Assembly (NCBI RefSeq): GCF_009914755.1 | Contig: NC_060934.1 | Length of the DNA stretch: 64,000 nt | From: the human T2T-CHM13v2.0 reference genome, Homo sapiens | Reading direction: 5' to 3' (one strand) | In this document: positions 1-14,926 of the stretch, piece by piece | How positions within the stretch are numbered: the first letter of the stretch is position 1 | Layout of the letters: each line of letters starts with the position of its first letter | Translations under genes and position numbers: made by a program | Notes under the pieces: model-generated | Told to the model about the DNA's origin: nothing | Seen by the model: the letters and a program-made list of their open reading frames with translations, nothing else | The model's database searches: none

Positions 1-409
1 AAGTAGGAAGATCCCTTTTTAAAGTTAAAAAAAAAAAAAAACATGGGCCTTTTGTAATTTTAGTTACAGTTGATGAGAAATTACAATGAGATAAATCACT
101 AAAAATTCATGAATGCTCTTAAATGAGTCTGGATATTACAAATCCCAACAGAATCTGTGTTTGTAAAATAATAATAGTACTATACTCACAAGTGTGTGCC
201 CTTAGTCTATATCCACTGCGTGCAAATGGATTCACAGCCCTTTTGCCAAAGCTCTCCAGTCGAGAGATAACCTGTACCATGTATCTGAGTCCATGGCACA
301 AGATTTGCTTTCAGTCTACTTTCTTACCTTTAACTCACTCACCCCGGGGTACTCACAGGCTATCTTCTGCCTGGCAAGGCTACCCATTTGGTCTCAATGT
401 CTACTCCAC

Positions 410-702
<293 letters not shown>

Positions 703-833
703 CCTACTCCGTTTTTGAGACCCAACCTAAAAACTGCCTACTCTTACTTTACCAAGCTTTCCTTCGACTCTGCTTCACCTCACCACCCACTGCTCCCATC
801 CCCAGGCTGAACCATCCCCTGTGCTGCCAGTCC

Positions 834-1350
834 TGCATTCAATGACTCATTATTAAATGCCTACCGTCTTCCACGTTCCATACTAAGGACTTAAGCATGG
901 TCCTTAGCAAGGTCCTGGGCATGCCATGGTGAACAACAGCACTGCCAGGTTCAGTTCTCAGGGACTTTCTAGTCCAAAAGGGGAGACAAACTTTAAGGAA
1001 ATAATCATACAGAAATGTTATTACAAAGTATGATAAATGCTATGAAGAAAAAGCATACCAATACAATGGGGAAATCTAATTTAGATTGGAAGGGTCAGCG
1101 TTGACGTCTTTAGGAGATATCTAGATTTCCACAGAGGCCTATTCTAGAACTTAATACAATCTATTGGAGTTGTCTGCTTATATGCTGTGTTTCTCTTATT
1201 TTTACATCACCCCTCCCCTTCCACCCCCTGACCTAAAATTCAAACTTGGAGTTTCCTAAGAGCTGGGAGTACATCAATTTCTTTACGTTCCCTATGCATA
1301 TGAAGAATTCCTTGTATGGACCAAATTCTCAATAAATACTTATTCAGTTA
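834..1350. mobile_element. L2 remnants
   Basis: cattcaatgactcattattaaatgcctac and ctcaataaatacttattcag resemble L2 3' ends; boundaries approximate. Confidence 0.5.
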
Positions 1351-3459
1351 AGCTGATTTCTGTCCAATCGTATTTCTTAAAAAGAGAGAACCACAGAATC
1401 TTAAAATTGGACCTCAGACTTCCCTAGTTGCATTTAAATATGTTTTAAAAGGAGGAGGGAGGGATATAGAAAAGTTAAGTGACTTGATCAAGGCTAATTA
1501 CTGGCAAAACCAAGATTAGAACCACAATCTTAATATTCTTTTTCTGTTAAAATTCCCAACCTAAAATCAGAAATAAGTATGAACACCTAAATTGTGTCAG
1601 CAATGTCCTATGTTCCTGTTTATAAAGATCTGCCTAATTAGAATCATTTAGGATCTGTCCCCTCAGAAACAAATTGGTTTTATTTTTCAACATTCTTTTT
1701 AAAATGTATATGCCCTGAATCAAACAATGCTAAAAAACAGTTTCCTACAAATACACGGCTTTAATAAAGTCAGTAAGCTGTCTCTAACTAATCATATCTC
1801 TATCTGGAGCCATGATTTTTTCCAGAATATGAAAACAGAAAACATTTTTCAGTGCCTGAAAGCCTTAATCATAAAGGTCTGTTTAATTACACCCCTGAGG
1901 GGAATAAGAAGTTAGCTTTAACCTCATATTTATCCCAGGGGTGTAATCTTTGGTAATCATTCCTTTTTTTCGGCCTGATGGAAAATTCATCACAAATGAC
2001 TTAAATGCTTCAAGTTTAAGGATAACCTTTCCTCCCTCCACTGTGCAGCAGTAGGGGTTCTGGAAGAATTTACATCCTGTCCCCTTGGATGCCATCAGTA
2101 TTCTGTGTGTTTCTGCAAGGAAGGACTTGGTAGAAAGTTAATGTAACAGCTTTTGTGTAGTGCCTACACTTTAGTAGCAAGTTCAAGATTATTTCCTCCC
2201 TTTCTAAAAATGATCAGTCATGTAACCATGATAAACATGACCATTTTTAACTTAAACATAGTTATTTACAGGTGAGAAAGTCAAGTCAATTTCACAGAAT
2301 TTTAAATTATTGTGGAGAAAGTATTATGTTACAAACACCAGGGAATTTTGGATGATAACTTGAGAACCCTTAGTTCTTCATTCAATGACTATACCATTAA
2401 AATAAAGTTCTTCTACAATGGCACCTATCTTGGACTTTACACCAAAAATGTATGTCCTTAAAATTTTAAGGAGCCAATCATCACCAAACAATAACAATTT
2501 AGAGATACCGAAATAGCATAATTATCAGTTTACCACATCAGAACTCTCTGAAAATAGTTTAATAAAATTGAAGCTGAAATCTACAACTTCCAGATGTGGG
2601 AAAAGTATAATTTTGACAAGTTACTATTACGGAGAGCCTGAAATTATGATATTAGTCATAGAGATGATTATACTTTTGGGCGTAAATGTTTGGAGCATTG
2701 AGTATGTTTGGAAGCTGTTGAGCACAGGCTGGTGATCCATCAGCTGTTGAGCTATCAGCTTCTGGTGATGAGTGTCTGAGTAATACAATGTGGTACGCAG
2801 CACACATTCTAGCAACTTTTTTTTTTTTTTTTTGCACTATAAGCTCGTAAGTCTGAAGATATATAATGTGTTTGAATCTACTACTGTTATCCTTTTGAAG
2901 CTCAAACTGTCCACATTTTGGCCAGTGGGAGCTCAATTGTCTCCTGAGAGCTTCCAACACAACCATAGCAGTTTATGATAGCCTCCATGCTTACTAACTT
3001 CTTTTTATCTTCACAGAGACTATTTATTAAGGGAGTTTTAACTCTCTGCAGACTCCACTGTGTGTTTGTGAGCAACAGATATGAAAATCTATCGCTAAAT
3101 AAATATGTAAAGCCTGTACCAGTTAACTTTAGTCTTTGGGAAGTGTATGATTTACAAGCATCTGAGTCTTCTCTTTCCGCAATAACAGCAGGAAGCACTT
3201 ACACTATGACTGCAAAGAATCACACAAGACAATTAAAAGTAACCCTTCCAAAGTACTTTTAGCAAAAATATCTAGCTGTAATTGTAGGGCATATAAAAAT
3301 CTAGAATAAACCAAATGTACTATGAGCATGAAATTTGAATAAAATAATAAACAAACGTTTAATTTTTTCTTTCTACAACTTGAAGTTACTAACTTTTAGT
3401 AAAGATTATACTAATATATAATTAAGTCAATTTTGGTATTAATTGAAGCAACAATAAGC

Positions 3460-3680
3460 TAGTATTTATTGAGTAGTTACTATAAGCTGAGCACTATCCT
3501 AACTGCTTTACATGAGCTACCTCATTAATCTCCACAATTATCCCATAAGGAGTGGTGGTGATTATCCCTATTTTACAGATAAAGAGATTGAGTCTTATAA
3601 TGGCTGTACATACATACAATAAAGCATAAAATCAAGATTTGAACGCAGCTCTCGTGTCTGAGAACGAGATCTTAACTCTG
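3460..3680 (-). mobile_element. MIR
   Basis: MIR core in reverse: ctcattaatctccacaa...ccctattttacagataaagagattgag. Confidence 0.8.
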
Positions 3681-3899
3681 CTAAAATGGTACTAATACTT
3701 TAAAATGTTTAAATTGTATAAAGAAATGTATTTACAGTTCAACTGTCAGCAGCTTTTCATTAAAAGAATGCATACATATTTATATTTTAAATATTTACAA
3801 ACAATTGGAATCACAGAATGTTTTTAAAATCCTTAACGTTTGCAAGAAACTGTCAAAAACAAAAAGAACCTACCACTGGCAAAAGATTGTGGGCAACAA

Positions 3900-4985
3900 G
3901 ATATTCAGTCTCCAAGTCTAGCCCCGCAGACCACTATATGACTATTTATATTATACATTTAGTAAGTCAAAGGAAAAAAGCAGCTTTACAGTGGAGAGTC
4001 TGGTAGATGTCACCTTAACCAAGTGAGCAAACTTACTATCACCAATACTTGGACAAAATGACAGTAAGGGACTCCTAATGTGATGTCCTGAGACTGACAC
4101 AGCATCACATGGGTAGTATTCCCGCAAAAGTGAGTAAACTTAATAAAATTATAAAGAAACAACCAGACAAATTCAAATTACAGGAGACTAAACTCTTCAA
4201 AACTGTTGATGTCATGAAACCATAAAAAGGAAACTCAAATGATACTTTAAAAAACCATAGCAGGTTGGACGCAGTGGCTTATGCCTGTAAATCCTAGTAT
4301 CTTGGGAGGCCAGGGTGGGTGGATGGCTTAAGCTCAGGAGTTCGAGACCAATCTGGCCAACATGGTGAAACCCTGTCTCCACCAAAAAATATAAAAATTA
4401 GCCAGATGTGATGGAGCATGCCTGCACTCCCAGCTACTTGAGGGGCTGAAGTGGGAAGATCACTTGAGCCTGGGAAGTTGACCCTGCAGTTAGCTGTATT
4501 CACACCACTGTACTTTAGTCTGGGTGACCGAGTGAGACCCTGACTCCCCCACCCCCAAAAAACCCATAACAAATGAAATACATAATCCTTGATTAAACCC
4601 AGGATTGAGGGGGGGAAAGAATAAAATACACTATCAGGACAACTGGAAAATTTCAACATGAACTATCTATTTGATGATATTACTGTAAGAATATTAGAAT
4701 CTCTTGAGAATGACAATGATGTTGCAGTTAGGTGTGAGAATATCCTTGTTCTCAGATCCAAGCTGATGTACTTGGGGGTGAAATGTCTTGATGTTTGAAA
4801 CCTACTTTAAATGGTTTAGCAGAGAAAATACACACCTACATACACTTATTAAGTATGCAACACATACAAAGATAAAGCAATGTGCCAGATGTTGTTAACT
4901 GGTGACTTCAGGTGAACGTACACGGGTGTTCATTATGCTGTTCTTTCAAGTTTTCTGCAGGTTTGACATTTTTAAAATTTAGGAG
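3900..4985 (+). mobile_element. Old L1M (L1MC/ME-type) 3' UTR, interrupted by an AluJ
   Basis: tttacagtggagag...caccttaaccaagtgag and terminal gggtgttcattatgctgttctttcaagttttctg motifs. Confidence 0.7.
4263..4562 (+). mobile_element. AluJ
   Basis: Diverged dimeric Alu with J-type gtgagaccctg end; aaaaaacc(c)ata TSD. Confidence 0.9.
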
Positions 4986-5810
4986 AAAAAGTCAGATTCA
5001 ATGAATACATACTCCTCTCTTCCCTCCTACCAGCATGCATTTGTGCTCCCACAGAATTTTGTTCCTTTTTTCTAGAACTTACCAGTTTGACCGTGCAAGA
5101 TATTTTTCTAATGTTGATCCTCTCCAAGAGCTCCCTGAAGACAGGGCCTATGTCTAAGTCATCAGTACCAAAAGAGTGACTTAAGGCAGGTCCTCCAAGT
5201 ACCTCACACAGAGCAGGCCTCAGTAAAAGCTAGCTGAATTAAATATTTGCTTTCCCAAGATATCACGCAGGTGACAATAAAGACTTTTAGCAATACTTTA
5301 AAGCACTCACAACAGAGTTATTTCCTGACTGAAAAACTACACTATATAATCCTTTAAATTTAGAATGATTGAACATTGGCTAAGAATCTGAGAAGTTAAA
5401 TTCAAAAAGAAAGGAAGAGTAACCAAAGGTAATCAAACAATCGCCATTACATTTAGTTTGTAAATCACATGGAAGAACTCACGGTTTATTACTTCATAGA
5501 GTATAAGTTTCATTTATGTAAGTAGGAGTCCATTTTAACATTTGTATCCCAGTTTGGTAATACATGTTCTAGAGACACCAGGGCAACTTTATTATTGAAC
5601 TTCACATAGCAAACTGTACTTATATTATAGCTGATCTTTGTGATTGGAGGAGAATGGCTATAATGCACTAGATGATGCACGTGATGACACTGACTTAGAC
5701 TATTTATTAATTTAGATATTCAATAAATTAATTTAGATGTTAACTTATTGTATAGGCTGAACTAGCAGCAGAGTAAGCAAAAGAGTGGGTGAGTGGCATA
5801 CTGTAAAGTG

Positions 5811-6083
5811 GGGGTCAGCAAGCTATGGCCCATGGGCCAAATTTGGTCTGCTGCTTGTTTATTATGGCCCACAAACTAAAAATGGGTTTTACATTTTTCA
5901 ATGGTTGAAAACATATCAAAAGAACACTTTGTGATGTGAAAATTACATGACATTAAAATTTCAATGTCCATAGAGAAAGTTTCACTGGAACACAGCTATG
6001 CCCATTTGTTCACACACTGCCTGTGGCTGCAGAGCCTGAAGTATTTACTATCTGGCCCCCTACAGAAAAAGTTTGCCGACTCT
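5811..6083. mobile_element. MER58-type hAT-Charlie MITE
   Basis: Terminal inverted repeats ggggtcagcaa / ttgccgactc; tatttactatctggcccc.tacagaaaaagtttgcc signature. Confidence 0.85.
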
Positions 6084-6769
6084 TACTGTAAAAAAATGTA
6101 ATTGCCAGAGGGAGAGAGAGAAATGCCGATTTCCAGGAGACAATTGGGGGCTCAAGGGTCTGTTTATCTTGTGGTATTTGTGGGGATCTACACATCTGTA
6201 AACCTTTCTACACGTATAGTATATTTCAATAAGGATTTATTTAAAACTCCTCTATTACTGTGAATTTGTAGATGTACGAATGTTTCTCAAATTAAATATA
6301 TAAAACAGCCATGTTTTTAAACCCACTGTCAAAATCAGGGTTTGATCTGTGACAAAGAATCCGGACTTTGGATGACCAGATATGGAAAGTACACATATCA
6401 AGCTGGGCAAGATTTAGAGAGGGTTCCAGGAAACAATGAAAAGCAGTCCATGAAGTAGACAGCAACAGCAGGTTACAGCTCAAGCAACAGGAACACTAAC
6501 AGAAGATGGGGTTCGACAGCAAGATCCCAGGATCGAGGAGGACTGGAAGAGTGAGGCAAATTAATATAGCTCGTGATTTAACTCTTCAGTGGCAACCGTG
6601 GAAGCATCTGAGCACACATTCTCAAACTCTACTCATATGCAAAGATTAAAGGTTGTAAACTATCCGGCAATATCCACTTGTTAGACCTATTAATCACAAC
6701 TTGCTTGATATCTTCAACTATAAATATTATAGAATAATTTATAGCAAAAGCCACCTTATTTTAAGTGAA

Positions 6770-7820
6770 CAGGGCTAACAGTGGTGAATTAATAAAAAAT
6801 GCCCATTACACTATGTGTGTGGGAAAATTCATACAAATATATGATACGGTTGGGAAAGGAAGCAGTACTTAGCAGCCTTTTCATGTAACTGTGAGTAATC
6901 TTTGATACTACACCAAAATCGCACTAGCAGTTTCCACAAGTAATTTCTTAAAGGTTATTCCCAATGTGAAATCCAAAGTCGTATCTCTGAACTTTTTCTA
7001 CTCTATAGAATACTAAACTCTTTTGATGTATCTTGCACTTTGATTTTTCACCCATTTATGATCTGTAACATAATACATCAGTTATTTTGAAAGTACTGAT
7101 TCACTGAGTTAGGCAGATCTCCCAAATGTTGACATGTTTCAATGGCCAATTATCAATCATGTTTTCTAGCATCACCACTGATCTCATCAGAGAATTCTTT
7201 AAGTACTAGAAACGATTAGGTCCATAGTGATGAACACAAGTTTTCCAAAACTGTCATTTTTACTTGACAGCTTGAATTTTATCACTGGCAACAAACAGTG
7301 TCAGCTGTTTTCCTTGAAGTGACAAGTTTGCTACATTCGTTTTGAGAAAATGTCTCTCAAATAGCCAGGTCTGAATAACCAAGTCAGTTGTTTTTTCAAG
7401 TAAAAAAAAAAAAGCACCCAATGACAAGAGCAGCTGGTTTACAGTTTAGCATACAACTCAGCTACACGAGTGTTTTTCCTGAGACAGCTTTTGTACTTTG
7501 GGATGCAGCACAAGCACTTTACATATACTACCCATTTCATCACACTGAATATGGGGGAAAAAACACATGTACTTATAATTAAATAATCTTTATTGTTTCA
7601 TCAAGAACATTCTTAAGTAAAACTGGCATTATTTTTACTGCGAGTGCACCGCAGCTACTGGTATGTTTCCATGCCTTGATTCGTGCTAAGACGCTAGCAG
7701 TTTTCCATCACAGTTGCTTTTGTATAATTAATGCAAATGTCAACAGGGAAAAGGGCAAATAACACAGTATTATTAAAAAGATAGTTTTGATGTCCTGGAC
7801 ATCCAAAAGGCACTTAGGGA
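6770..7820 (-). mobile_element. Charlie1-type hAT DNA transposon fragment (degenerate transposase)
   Basis: ctttgatactacaccaaaa, gatctcatcagag, tgtcagctgttttccttgaagtgac motifs typical of Charlie1. Confidence 0.75.
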
Positions 7821-8133
7821 CTTACACATCAAGAAAAAAAGTTATGCAATGAGGTGGAAGAGACTGGGACATTCAACATTCAAGGGGCAAACAGAAGAAG
7901 GGCTGGTGAAGATGAAAAAGTGCAGTCAGAGAATCGTGAGGGAAACCAGGAGTGTGTGCAATTTGGAAAGCCACAAAAAACAAAACAAAACAAAACAAAA
8001 AAAAAAACAATGCACCCAGAGGTTAGTGGTCAACAGTGAAATGCCAAGAAAGATCAACACTGAACGTCTCCACTGTGCCCAGGTGAGGAAGGTTTACTGA
8101 AGGCTGAACCAGTGATGTCCAATTAACCAGTAA

Positions 8134-8663
<530 letters not shown>

Positions 8664-8785
8664 ACTAAATATGTATTTTTAAGAGTAAAGTTCTTCTGGA
8701 ATATTACATATGACTAGTATGACTGAAACATCAATACCTTCCTCCTATCAAAATCAAAATCTCTCCATTCAGTATATAACTCTAA

Positions 8786-9094
<309 letters not shown>

Positions 9095-9127
9095 AAAACA
9101 AATTTTTTAAAATAAAGTTTGCCATTT

Positions 9128-9545
9128 GATGTTATAAAGGACATTATGGGTCGAATGACAAAACTGGAATACAAACAGTATATAAAGTATTGTATTGCTG
9201 TTAAATTTACTGAAATTGATAACTGTAATGTGATTTATAAGATAATTTCTCCATTCTTGGCAAATACAAATTAAAGTATTCTGGAGTAAAGGACCACTGG
9301 TTCAAAAAATAATATGCATGCATATGTGTAAGTATATAAACATACATTCACATATCTGTATATAAACAGGGAGAGAGAGAGGGAGAAAAGAGGGAGAAAA
9401 AAATGACAACAGATATAGCAAATGGGGTAAAATACTACCAATAGGTAAATCTGACAAAAGAGTACACTGTACCGGTATTCTTTGTACTATTTTTATCCTT
9501 CCAACTTCTCTGAAAGTCTGAAAATATTTACAAATAAATAGTTCA
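9128..9545 (+). mobile_element. Old L1M (L1MC/ME-type) 3' end
   Basis: taaaggacatta...ataggtaaatctg...caacttctctgaaagtctgaaaatatttacaaata. Confidence 0.7.
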
Positions 9546-10045
9546 ACAAAAAGGAAGGCTTTTTGAATATTTGGCTATTAATTGTAACACAATATGAAAC
9601 TAAGCTGTCTGGTTTTATTATCTTACTTGGAATACTAACTGAAGGCCTTGGGCTATGTCTGGGAATGTGACGTTTCCAAAGCAGACCTGGATTAACAAAA
9701 CCATACCTTTCCCCATGCTCGGAAAACAAGTAAAACTGCTTACCAGATCCTCATGCAAGACTCACCAATCCTACTAAACTGACCCTAAAAAAGAATTCAG
9801 CAAAACTCCTGGGAATGAATTTATCTGATTTAATCTAAATTAAGACAATAAAACTACTTAACTATGTCTCTACATTTTTTTCTAGAATCCTGTATCCAAA
9901 AAAATATGAAAAACTATTATCACACTCTCATAGTGTTTTCCTTGAGAGCTAGGGGCAATGTAACTACGTGGTGCTATACTGGAATATAAGACCTTGAATA
10001 CGGAAAGGGCAGAAATTTCCCTTCTATGAACCTTATTCCAAATTC

Positions 10046-10348
10046 TTTTTTTTTTTTTTTTTTTTTTTTGAGACAGGGTCTCCCTCTGTCACCCAGACTG
10101 ATAGTGGGCACTATCTCAGCCCACTACAACCTTTGCCTCCAGGGCTCAAGTGATCCTCCTGCCTTAGCCTCTCATGTAGCTGGGACTACAGGCATGAGAC
10201 ACCACGCCTGACTAATTTTTGTATTTTTTGTAGAGACTGGGTTTTGCCATGTTGCCCAGGCTAGTCTGGAACTCGTAAGCTCAGGCGATCCACCTGCTTT
10301 GGCCTCCCAAAGTGCTGACATTACAGGCATGAGCCACTGCACCTGGCC
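10046..10348 (-). mobile_element. AluJ
   Basis: gagacagggtct end and gggctcaagtgatcctcc; TSD ccaaattctt. Confidence 0.93.
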
Positions 10349-13228
10349 CAAATTCTTAACTAAAATATGTAGCCACAGTATGTTGACTCTATAACAACAG
10401 AGGCACACAAATACCACACAGGAAAAATATCATCTTTCCTGTTTACCCAAAACAGATGGGAAGAAAATTTACAATTTAAAAAATCAATAAATGTCAACAA
10501 AGGGAGAAATGGGGGGTGGGGAGAAGAAGGAGGAGGAGGATGTCCTTATTCTCCCAAGACCCCCTTTAAGTCCTTCCAATTCCTGGCCTATCAAGGTAGT
10601 CAGGCAGCACTTAAAAACTCTTCCTCCCTCGAAATTCACAGAAGTGCAGCTGGTTAGTTTAAGTAAGTTCTACATTTCTGATGTTATGTTTTGCTTATTA
10701 TTATGGTCCCTAAAAAATTAATAAAAATGTTATTGAAGAATTTGCAAAAAAAGAACATAGACATTTTCTCATTTTTTATAACAATGGCCTTTCCCTTCTC
10801 TTCCCTCCTTCACTATAATTTCATTTGTAAATCAAGTTCAAAACTCCGTGTAGCTAAACATGCAAGCAGCAAGTCCCTAGAAAAATTATGGCTCAAATTA
10901 AGTTAAACTGGGATAGCTCCAGGTCACAAAAGTAATGATTAGCTATCTAACAAAAAAACTATCAACTCATTATCATCACCTTGATCTCAGTTTTCATTGA
11001 TATAGGCCAAAACAGCTGAGACATCCTCTGTTTCTTAGATAGGACAGTCGTATACCTCTTTCACTACAACTAACATTCTGTTTGTCACTGATACTTGTTT
11101 GTTAAAATTCTCAGGGAAGAAAACCTAGACCTTATTAATCTGTTTCACTATTTTAAAATTTGAAATAATAGAATATTCTCTACCATCTGCTCACGTCAGT
11201 TTTAAGTCAATGTTTTTATGTAGCCATTTATCTCACTAAATATGAAATCAAGCCCAACACAAACATGGTCCATCAAACACTCTTCTGAATTCTGCATCAC
11301 AACCCTAAGGACACCACCTTAGAAACAGAGGATGAAATGTTTTACTCTCTGTGAAAGATCAAAATCTATTCTGATCTCATCAATTCCTGTTTCTACACAA
11401 TATTTTGCCAGCTCTTTATCCCTCCTCATTCTCCATCTCAACCTTGGGTAAGAGGTTCATTTATTTGCGGTCAAGTACTGACCACAAAACTGAGCACCCA
11501 GGGAAAGGGACACAGAGCCATGTGGCACAGCTGTTACCCTCCCTAGTGGATAGAGAAAAAGTTGTTACTATGGCTCTTTGGGTGAAGAAACAAAGAAATT
11601 CACTCATGTGCTTCCAGTAAGCAGCACATACTCATGTTAGAGGGAAACATAACATTACAGGGAGGCCCATAAGGAAATGAGGACAGAAATATTAGTCATG
11701 TAGGGTCAGGCCTCCAGAGAATTCCAGGCTATCTAGGAAGAGGAGGAAACCCAGGCTAGATGAAGACCTCATGGATAAGAGATCATAATTCAAGAACTGG
11801 CAAGCAGGTGGAACAGGAGGTTATTTATGTCCCCTCAGCAGCAGGAGGCCCCAGCCTGTATTTTCATCTGCTATTCACTGGCTCTGCTTTTGCTCCCCTT
11901 CCCAGCTCCCTGCTCTCTCATCTGGATACCTTTTGATTCACAGACTCCTTTGAAAACCAGAAGAAAGTAACCCAGGGACTCTATCTTTGACATAAACGTG
12001 GCTGTGTACAAAAGTCTGCCTACAATTCAAAACTTCTCAGATCCATGTTTATGAAGCCCTAATCTCTTCAGCAGAGTCTATGGGAATAGCAGTGTCCCTC
12101 AGAAAAGGGGTGTGGGCATGGCGGACATCTGAGTGAAACGGACTTCCCTGTATAAGACAAACACAACAGAAAAAAATGGGAGGATTACTGCAAATCACTA
12201 CAGGGCTGACAGATCAATCGTAAATCATACATACACTATATACACAAATGCACACCTCTCAATTGACTAAATAATGTCTGAAGGAATGTCAAAGAAAGAG
12301 GAGAAATGAACTGGTGAAAAGAATGAAAGGAAGATGCCTGTATTGGGCAATGGTGTGTCTAAAGGCAGACAGGAAGGGATCAGGAAGAAAAGGGAACCCT
12401 CAAAGATCAAGCAAAGGAATCTGGATTTAAGAGAGCTATATGAAACACCACAGATTTTCTAGCAAAATGATTCGCACACAATGTAAATCATCCTTGAGCA
12501 GTACTATGGCTGAGGCTGGACACAGGACTGGATGGCAGGATGGAGGAAGCTGGTGACGATGACTTCTCAGCACTGTCATTTCCAACTTACTGCTGCATAT
12601 CCAAGATACACATGACTGTGTTACTCAAGGTCACTTCCCATTAGCTACTGCCACAAACTTGGACAATATGGCATCTGAAAGTGTGAAGTATGAAAAAATT
12701 CTACAGTTATCCTATTTTATAGAATGAAGATAAAGACGTAAGAACAAATAGAACAGATAGAGATATAAGAAGGAAAGAAGACCTAAGCTGTGATGGAGCA
12801 TCCTGGCGGGATGAGGAAGGGTGGAAAAACTGGCTTTCATTCTAACATCACCAGCAAAGTAGGATACTAGGCAACAATTTCTAAACACATATATATGCAC
12901 GTAAACTTGGGTAAATCAGCTTGGTTCTAAGAGATTGAAGCACATGAGCACAGGACATACCAAACATCTCTGCCCCACTAAAATGGAAAATTATAATACT
13001 AGAACCTCCAATCCTCAAATATATGTGCCAACAGGGTGCTCTTCGTACTAAAAAAGATAAAGTGTATTTAGCTGCTAGAGTGAAAGTAATTCAATTCATT
13101 TGGTTATTATGATGCTGTCAAATCTTTTTATTTCTACAATGGCCAGAAAAACAATGATTTACATATACTAAAAATAAGACCCTACCATACACACCAGAAC
13201 TGGAAAAAGCAAGCATCACATCTTGGGA

Positions 13229-13527
<299 letters not shown>

Positions 13528-13894
13528 GGGAATGTTTACCTTCTTTGTTCTTGCTACCACTGCTTCTGAAGGACCTCAATATTTGCTAGACATATCTCAT
13601 TGTAGAGAAACATTAATTATCTTTAAATTGACATAAAGGTCACACAGAAGCACCCTCAAAGAAAATTTAAGGTGGTCCTGGGGTAATGAGTGAGTTCGTG
13701 GCTGCACAGGGTCATGAATTAGACGGAAACTTCTCTCTGGTGTGTCATACAGGACAGTTTATTTCAAGCTTGTTATGGTGAACTCAAAGTTAATCTTTCT
13801 GTAGGTTCTTATTTGAAAGCAAGAGTCAGACTACCCACAGAAGCGCTGCAACCGTAATGCCCTACAGACTTCGACAAGTCACTAACCGTTTAAA

Positions 13895-14116
13895 CAGGGT
13901 TTCTCAACCTCAGCATTAGTGACATTCTGGGCTAGATAATTCCCCCTTGCTGTTGGGGTATGTCCTATTGCAGGATGTTTGGCAGCATCCTGACCTCTTC
14001 CCACCAGATGCCCGTAGCACACATACCCATCCCCCACCATCCCAGTTACAACAACCAAAATGTCTCCAGATACTGGGAAAAGAGGGATACAAAATTGATC
14101 CTATAGAGAATAGCTA
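13895..14116. mobile_element. MER20 (hAT)
   Basis: cagggtttctcaacctcagca...gacattctgggctagataattc...caaccaaaatgtctccaga. Confidence 0.88.
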
Positions 14117-14406
14117 TTTTAGGGCAAACAGAAATAGGAACTCAGAATGGGCGCCTATTCATTTCACTTCATTGCCCTACTATAGCTAATATGTTAGAGA
14201 ACGGAACAAATTGATGGTATTTTGTTAAAATAGTGTTTAGACTGTAAGTTTATATTATACAATTATACAAAATTTATTATCATACTCCCTAGAAAAATTA
14301 TTTTATACTATTTTAAAAGAAAAACTATTAGAAAAACTATTTTATACTATATTCTATTAGTTGTTTCAAGGGTGCTACATATAATAGATTTTATTTAATC
14401 AGATAC

Positions 14407-14862
14407 TGCTATGGTTTGAATTGTCTTCTCCAATATTCATGTTGAAACTTAATCCTCACTGTAGTGGTATTAAGAGGTGTGGCCTTTTGGAAAGTGATTA
14501 TGTCATGAGGGCTCCACCCTCATCAATGGACTAGTGCCTTAGGAAAGGGCTGGAGTGAACTAGCTTAGGCCCCTTTCACTCTTCCACCAGGTAAGGGCAC
14601 TGTGTTTGTTCCCTTTTTGTCCTTCTGCCCCGTGAGGACACTATTTGTCCCCTTTTTGTTTTCCTGTCCCTTCCACCACATGAGGACACAGCATTCAAGG
14701 CGCCATCTTGAAAGCAGAGACAGCAGCCCTCACCAGACTCAGAAACCACTGGCACCTTGATCTTAAACTTCCCAGTCTTCAGACTGTGAGAAATAAAATT
14801 CTGTTGTTTATAAATTACCCAGTCTCAGGTATTTTGTTACAGCAGCACAAATGGACTGATAA
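14407..14862 (+). mobile_element. MaLR solo LTR (MSTD-like)
   Basis: tgctatggtttgaa start; aataaa...ttataaattacccagtctcaggtattttgttacagcagcacaaatggact end. Confidence 0.85.
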
Positions 14863-14886
14863 AAATATTTGTAAATCAAACTATTT

Positions 14887-14926
14887 GTCTATAGCCATAT
14901 GACCCTGAACGTGACTGATTTCATCT
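14887..14926 (+). pseudogene. 5'-terminal 40-nt fragment of 5S rRNA (3'-truncated retrocopy)
   Basis: gtctatagccatatgaccctgaacgtgactgatttcatct aligns without gaps to 5S nt 1-40 (31/40 identical, several changes at CpGs), followed by an A-rich stretch. Confidence 0.8.

Noticed and set aside
2627-3262. Cluster of overlapping 60-104 aa ORFs
   Set aside because: No recognisable protein; part resembles an L1M 3' UTR relic in reverse and includes a poly-T run
6770-7820. Possible domesticated Charlie transposase
   Set aside because: No long open frame on the coding strand; it is a decayed fragment
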